From Micavibrio sp. TMED2 (GTDB lineage: Bacteria > Pseudomonadota > Alphaproteobacteria > TMED2), in contig NHBH01000009.1 of NCBI GenBank assembly GCA_002168225.1, positions 785,115-849,114 on the forward strand: DNA of 64,000 bases, read 5' to 3'. The notes beneath the pieces were generated by a model. That model was not told where the DNA came from. It worked only from the letters and a program-made list of their open reading frames with translations, and made no database searches. Positions within the stretch are counted from its first letter, which is position 1. Each line of letters begins with the position of its first letter. Below are positions 60,884-64,000 of the stretch, in pieces. The position numbers were made by a program, and so were the translations under genes.

Positions 60884-61276
60884 GTGCCGTTGATCCTGAT
60901 CGTCGAGGACAACAAGGTCAATCAGCGGCTCGTGCGGGATATTATCCGGGTGCAGGGCTGGAACAGCATTGAAACCGAAACCGTCGGCGATGCGAGACAG
61001 ATTCTGCGCATGTTGCGGGTGCGCGGTGAGATGCCAGCGGCAATCCTGCTCGATATTCGCCTGCCGGATGAATCGGGTCTCGTGCTGGCCCGTGAACTGA
61101 AGGCCGACAGGCACTGGAAATCGGTACCGATCATTGCCGTTACGGCGCTGGCGATGAATAATGATGAGGGACGAATACTGGACGCCGGGTGTGATGCCTA
61201 TATCGCTAAACCGATTTCCGTAAGCGAATTGACGGAAACTGTTCAAAAATATGTCTCGTCCAGTACACTGGCCTAG
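60884..61276 (+). CDS. Single-domain response regulator, DivK-like
   Basis: LIVEDN, LLDIRLP (phospho-Asp), VTALAM, GCDAYIAKP; directly upstream of pleD; start uncertain. Confidence 0.8.
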   Translation: MPLILIVEDNKVNQRLVRDIIRVQGWNSIETETVGDARQILRMLRVRGEMPAAILLDIRLPDESGLVLARELKADRHWKSVPIIAVTALAMNNDEGRILDAGCDAYIAKPISVSELTETVQKYVSSSTLA

Positions 61277-61353
61277 TATGTTTTTGGTTGATGCCTGATG
61301 ATGGTGTTGTACCTTGAACGTTGTTCTTTTGCTCTTTTCCTATTGGCGCACCT

Positions 61354-62814
61354 ATGACCGCTCGCGTCCTTGTTGTTGACGACGTATTGCCCAACGTGAA
61401 ACTTCTCGCTGCCAAACTGCAGCGGGAATATTTTGACGTTGTGACGGCCTTTAATGGTCAGGAGGCGCTCCAGAAGGTTCAGGAAGAGAGCCCTGATATC
61501 ATCCTGCTTGATGTTATGATGCCCGGCATGGACGGGTTTGAGGTCTGTGAGCGGATCAAGGCGGACCCGGAAACCGCCCATATTCCGATCGTCATGGTGA
61601 CCGCGCTGTCGGATACTTCTGACCGTGTCCGTGGTCTTGAGGCCGGTGCCGATGATTTCCTGACCAAGCCGGTCAATGATGTCGCCCTGTTTGCCCGCGT
61701 TCGCTCCCTTGTGCGTCTGAAGATGACCATGGATGAATGGCGTCTGCGCCAGAACACCTCCGGTCAACTCGGTGTTTTGATGGGCGAGAACAGCCTGCAG
61801 GAAGAATCCTATGAGGACGGTTACGTTCTCGTGGTCGAGGACAGCGCGATTGATCGTGACAAGATCAACGAGACTCTGCTGCGCGACCGTCACCATGTGC
61901 GCGCAGTCGAGCGGGGCGAGGATGCCATTTCCGCCCTGCAGGAAGAGGATTTCGATCTGGTGGTCGTATCCCTCGCGCTGGAGAACGAGGATGGCTTGCG
62001 CTTCTGCTCGCATCTTCGCTCGAACGAACGGACCCGGCAGATACCGATCCTTGCGATTGCTGACGAGAGCGACCTCGAGCGCAGTGCCAAGGGGCTGGAG
62101 ATCGGCGTAAACGACTATATCCTGAAGCCGATGGACCGGAACGAGTTGCTGGCGCGCAGCCGTACCCAGATCCGCCGTCGCCGCTATCAGGAGCGCCTGC
62201 GCCTGAATTACGAAGAGAGCCTGTCTCTGGCGCTGACCGACAGCCTGACCGGGCTGTTCAACCGCCGGTACCTGCTGGCGCACCTGCGGCGTCTGCTTGA
62301 CCGGATTGCCGAGAACAAGAAGCCGCTCTCAACCCTCATTTTCGACGTCGATCACTTCAAACTGGTCAACGACAATCATGGCCATGCCGTGGGTGATGAG
62401 GTCTTGCGTGAACTGGCCCAGCGGGTTGCCAATGGCGCGCGCAGCTTTGACCTTGTCGCGCGTATCGGTGGTGAGGAATTTGCCGTCGTACTGCCTGACA
62501 GCGGGCTTGATACTGCTATGGCTGTCGCCGAACGCCTGCGCAAGAGCTGTGAGAGCCGCCCGTTTCGTGTCTCTGGTCCGGTCGGTGAACTCAACGTCAC
62601 GATCAGTATTGGTGTTGCCTATGCCACCAGCCCGGATGAAAACCCGCTGGAATTGATCAAACGGGCGGATGAGGGGCTGTATATGGCCAAGCGCAGTGGC
62701 CGGAACAAGGTCTGTACGGTTGAAGACCTTGAGGTCGCGCGCCAGAAAGAGGCATCAATCGGCAAGGCCGGTGGTGAAGCCACTGCAACCTCGGATGATA
62801 CCGCGCCGGTATAA
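61354..62814 (+). CDS. pleD: PleD diguanylate cyclase (REC-REC-GGDEF)
   Basis: MTARVLVVDD, LLDVMMP, RSFD I-site, RIGGEEF active site. Confidence 0.95.
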   Translation: MTARVLVVDDVLPNVKLLAAKLQREYFDVVTAFNGQEALQKVQEESPDIILLDVMMPGMDGFEVCERIKADPETAHIPIVMVTALSDTSDRVRGLEAGADDFLTKPVNDVALFARVRSLVRLKMTMDEWRLRQNTSGQLGVLMGENSLQEESYEDGYVLVVEDSAIDRDKINETLLRDRHHVRAVERGEDAISALQEEDFDLVVVSLALENEDGLRFCSHLRSNERTRQIPILAIADESDLERSAKGLEIGVNDYILKPMDRNELLARSRTQIRRRRYQERLRLNYEESLSLALTDSLTGLFNRRYLLAHLRRLLDRIAENKKPLSTLIFDVDHFKLVNDNHGHAVGDEVLRELAQRVANGARSFDLVARIGGEEFAVVLPDSGLDTAMAVAERLRKSCESRPFRVSGPVGELNVTISIGVAYATSPDENPLELIKRADEGLYMAKRSGRNKVCTVEDLEVARQKEASIGKAGGEATATSDDTAPV

Positions 62815-62862
62815 GGCGGTTCGAGCCGCTCTACGGTTTTCCCATACAGCATTTCGGAAACG

Positions 62863-62897
62863 AAAAATGGCGGGATACGCTGATGCGCCCCGCCATA
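62863..62897 (-). terminator. Intrinsic terminator of rpmG
   Basis: ATGGCGGG...CCCGCCAT stem followed by a T-run on the minus strand. Confidence 0.65.
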
Positions 62898-62940
62898 AAA
62901 CAGTTTCCGGACAAGTCGGAACCCTGTGAAGCCTTATGGC

Positions 62941-63108
62941 TTACTTCATTTTCTCTTCTTTGAAGATGACGTGCTTGCGAACCCGTGGGTCATACTTACG
63001 GAATTGCATTTTTTCGGTCATCTGACGTGGGTTCTTTTTCGCCACGTAGAAATAGCCCGTGTCGGCAGTGCTGACGAGCTTGACGAGGATGGTTGCTGAT
63101 TTAGCCAT
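62941..63108 (-). CDS. rpmG: 50S ribosomal protein L33 (not in the ORF track)
   Basis: Hand translation [55 protein letters not shown], 55 aa, no Cys (Zn-free form). Confidence 0.96.
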   Translation of the reverse strand: MAKSATILVKLVSTADTGYFYVAKKNPRQMTEKMQFRKYDPRVRKHVIFKEEKMK

Positions 63109-63221
63109 CGGTTTGGTTCCTTAAAAACAAAATGCGCTGCTGACCGACTACAAGGCTCCGGGGTGCGTGTCGCACAATCCGCGGACGATATAACGGCCAT
63201 TTAGTAAATTCGTGAGCGGGA

Positions 63222-63250
63222 GATTTATGCTGCTATCCCACAGATGTCAA
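63222..63250 (-). promoter_or_regulatory. Putative sigma70 promoter of rpmG
   Basis: Minus strand TTGACA-N16-ATAAAT, ~115 bp upstream of rpmG. Confidence 0.45.
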
Positions 63251-63308
63251 GAAAGGACACGCAGGGCAGGGATGATTTAACCCGGTTGAGCGCCCGGGAT
63301 GCGGCAAA

Positions 63309-64000
63309 TCACTGTTTCAGCTGATTGACAATAATGCCGGTTGTTGAGGCCGACTGAATTGAATCGCCGGTATTGCGGCTGGCGACGGTCGAACTGCTGC
63401 CGGAGCTGATTTCTGCAATCAGGCTTGGGCTGTTGATCAGCAGCTTGGCAATTTCCTGATCCTCGGTCGCGGCCTCGCTGTTTGGCGGGCAGGCCTTGCG
63501 ACCGGCTGAGGCGATATTGACCACAAGCTCGTGGTTCGGCTTTACCTCGTGATTTTCATATTGCAGGTGATCATGCCAAATCATCCGGGTTGGCTTGGCG
63601 CGCTGGAGTACATCGGTCAGCAGCGGGCCGGTGGTACCGGCGCGGCGTAACTCGCCTTGGCTGGTGCAGATATTCGGCAGGATGCCAACATCATGCAGGC
63701 CATGACCATCGGGGGTGAAGATTTCCGACCATGTCACGAACAACTCGCCGTCATTGGGCAGGCGGGTGACGGTCTGGACGCTGCCCTTGCCGTATGAGGC
63801 GCTGCCGACCACGACGGCGCGACCGCTTTCCTGCAGAGCCGCGGCGACAACCTCGGCTGCAGAGGCGGAGCCGCCATTGACTAGCACGACAATCGGCGCG
63901 CCATTCAGGATATCGAGATCATCTGCGGAGAAACTCTGGAAGCTCTCGGGGTGGCGCCCGGCAGTCCGGATGATCCGGCCCCGTTTGATGAACAGGTCAG
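63309..64000 (-). CDS. S41-family C-terminal processing peptidase, 5' end outside the window
   Basis: PIVVLVNGGSASAAEVVA...YGKGSVQ...GILP. Confidence 0.9.
   Translation of the reverse strand, partial: DLFIKRGRIIRTAGRHPESFQSFSADDLDILNGAPIVVLVNGGSASAAEVVAAALQESGRAVVVGSASYGKGSVQTVTRLPNDGELFVTWSEIFTPDGHGLHDVGILPNICTSQGELRRAGTTGPLLTDVLQRAKPTRMIWHDHLQYENHEVKPNHELVVNIASAGRKACPPNSEAATEDQEIAKLLINSPSLIAEISSGSSSTVASRNTGDSIQSASTTGIIVNQLKQ

Noticed and set aside
1-64000. Mobile elements, prophage, tRNA/rRNA, CRISPR
   Set aside because: No transposase or integrase ORFs, cloverleafs, rRNA-like stretches or arrays were seen, and intergenic gaps are short. This was not checked with dedicated tools.

Overview
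A GC-rich (~60% by eye) alphaproteobacterial chromosome segment, Rhodospirillales-like by gene order. It is almost all core housekeeping synteny: icd; yfgM-bamB-der; rpsF-rpsR-DUF2232-rplI-dnaB-alr-mlaEF-radA-cvpA-purF; fabD-fabG-acpP-fabF-mltG-yicC-gmk; lptF-lptG-surA-pdxA-rsmA; pepA-holC-ndk; purM-purN; DUF2066-perM-hdaA; a polyphosphate cluster (CYTH-CHAD, sixA, ppk1, ppx); rnd; frmA-fghA; aspS; eipB; dinB; divK-like/pleD; rpmG; and a partial S41 protease. I saw no rRNA, tRNA, CRISPR array, transposase or prophage gene. The first 6 kb is the most unusual part. It holds a voltage-gated channel with a TLEGW filter coupled to a MoxR AAA+ ATPase, an ompW with a perfect FNR box between moxR and its VWA partner, a 480-aa orphan with a Gly/Asp repeat tail, and an orphan with a TYW3-like TxSSCxG motif whose start codon overlaps a LexA-box-like sequence. 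Also notable: lptD is missing from its usual place, two DnaA-box-like sites lie upstream of dnaB, and several single orphans sit inside otherwise conserved gene pairs. All calls come from reading motifs and gene order; no database searches were run.
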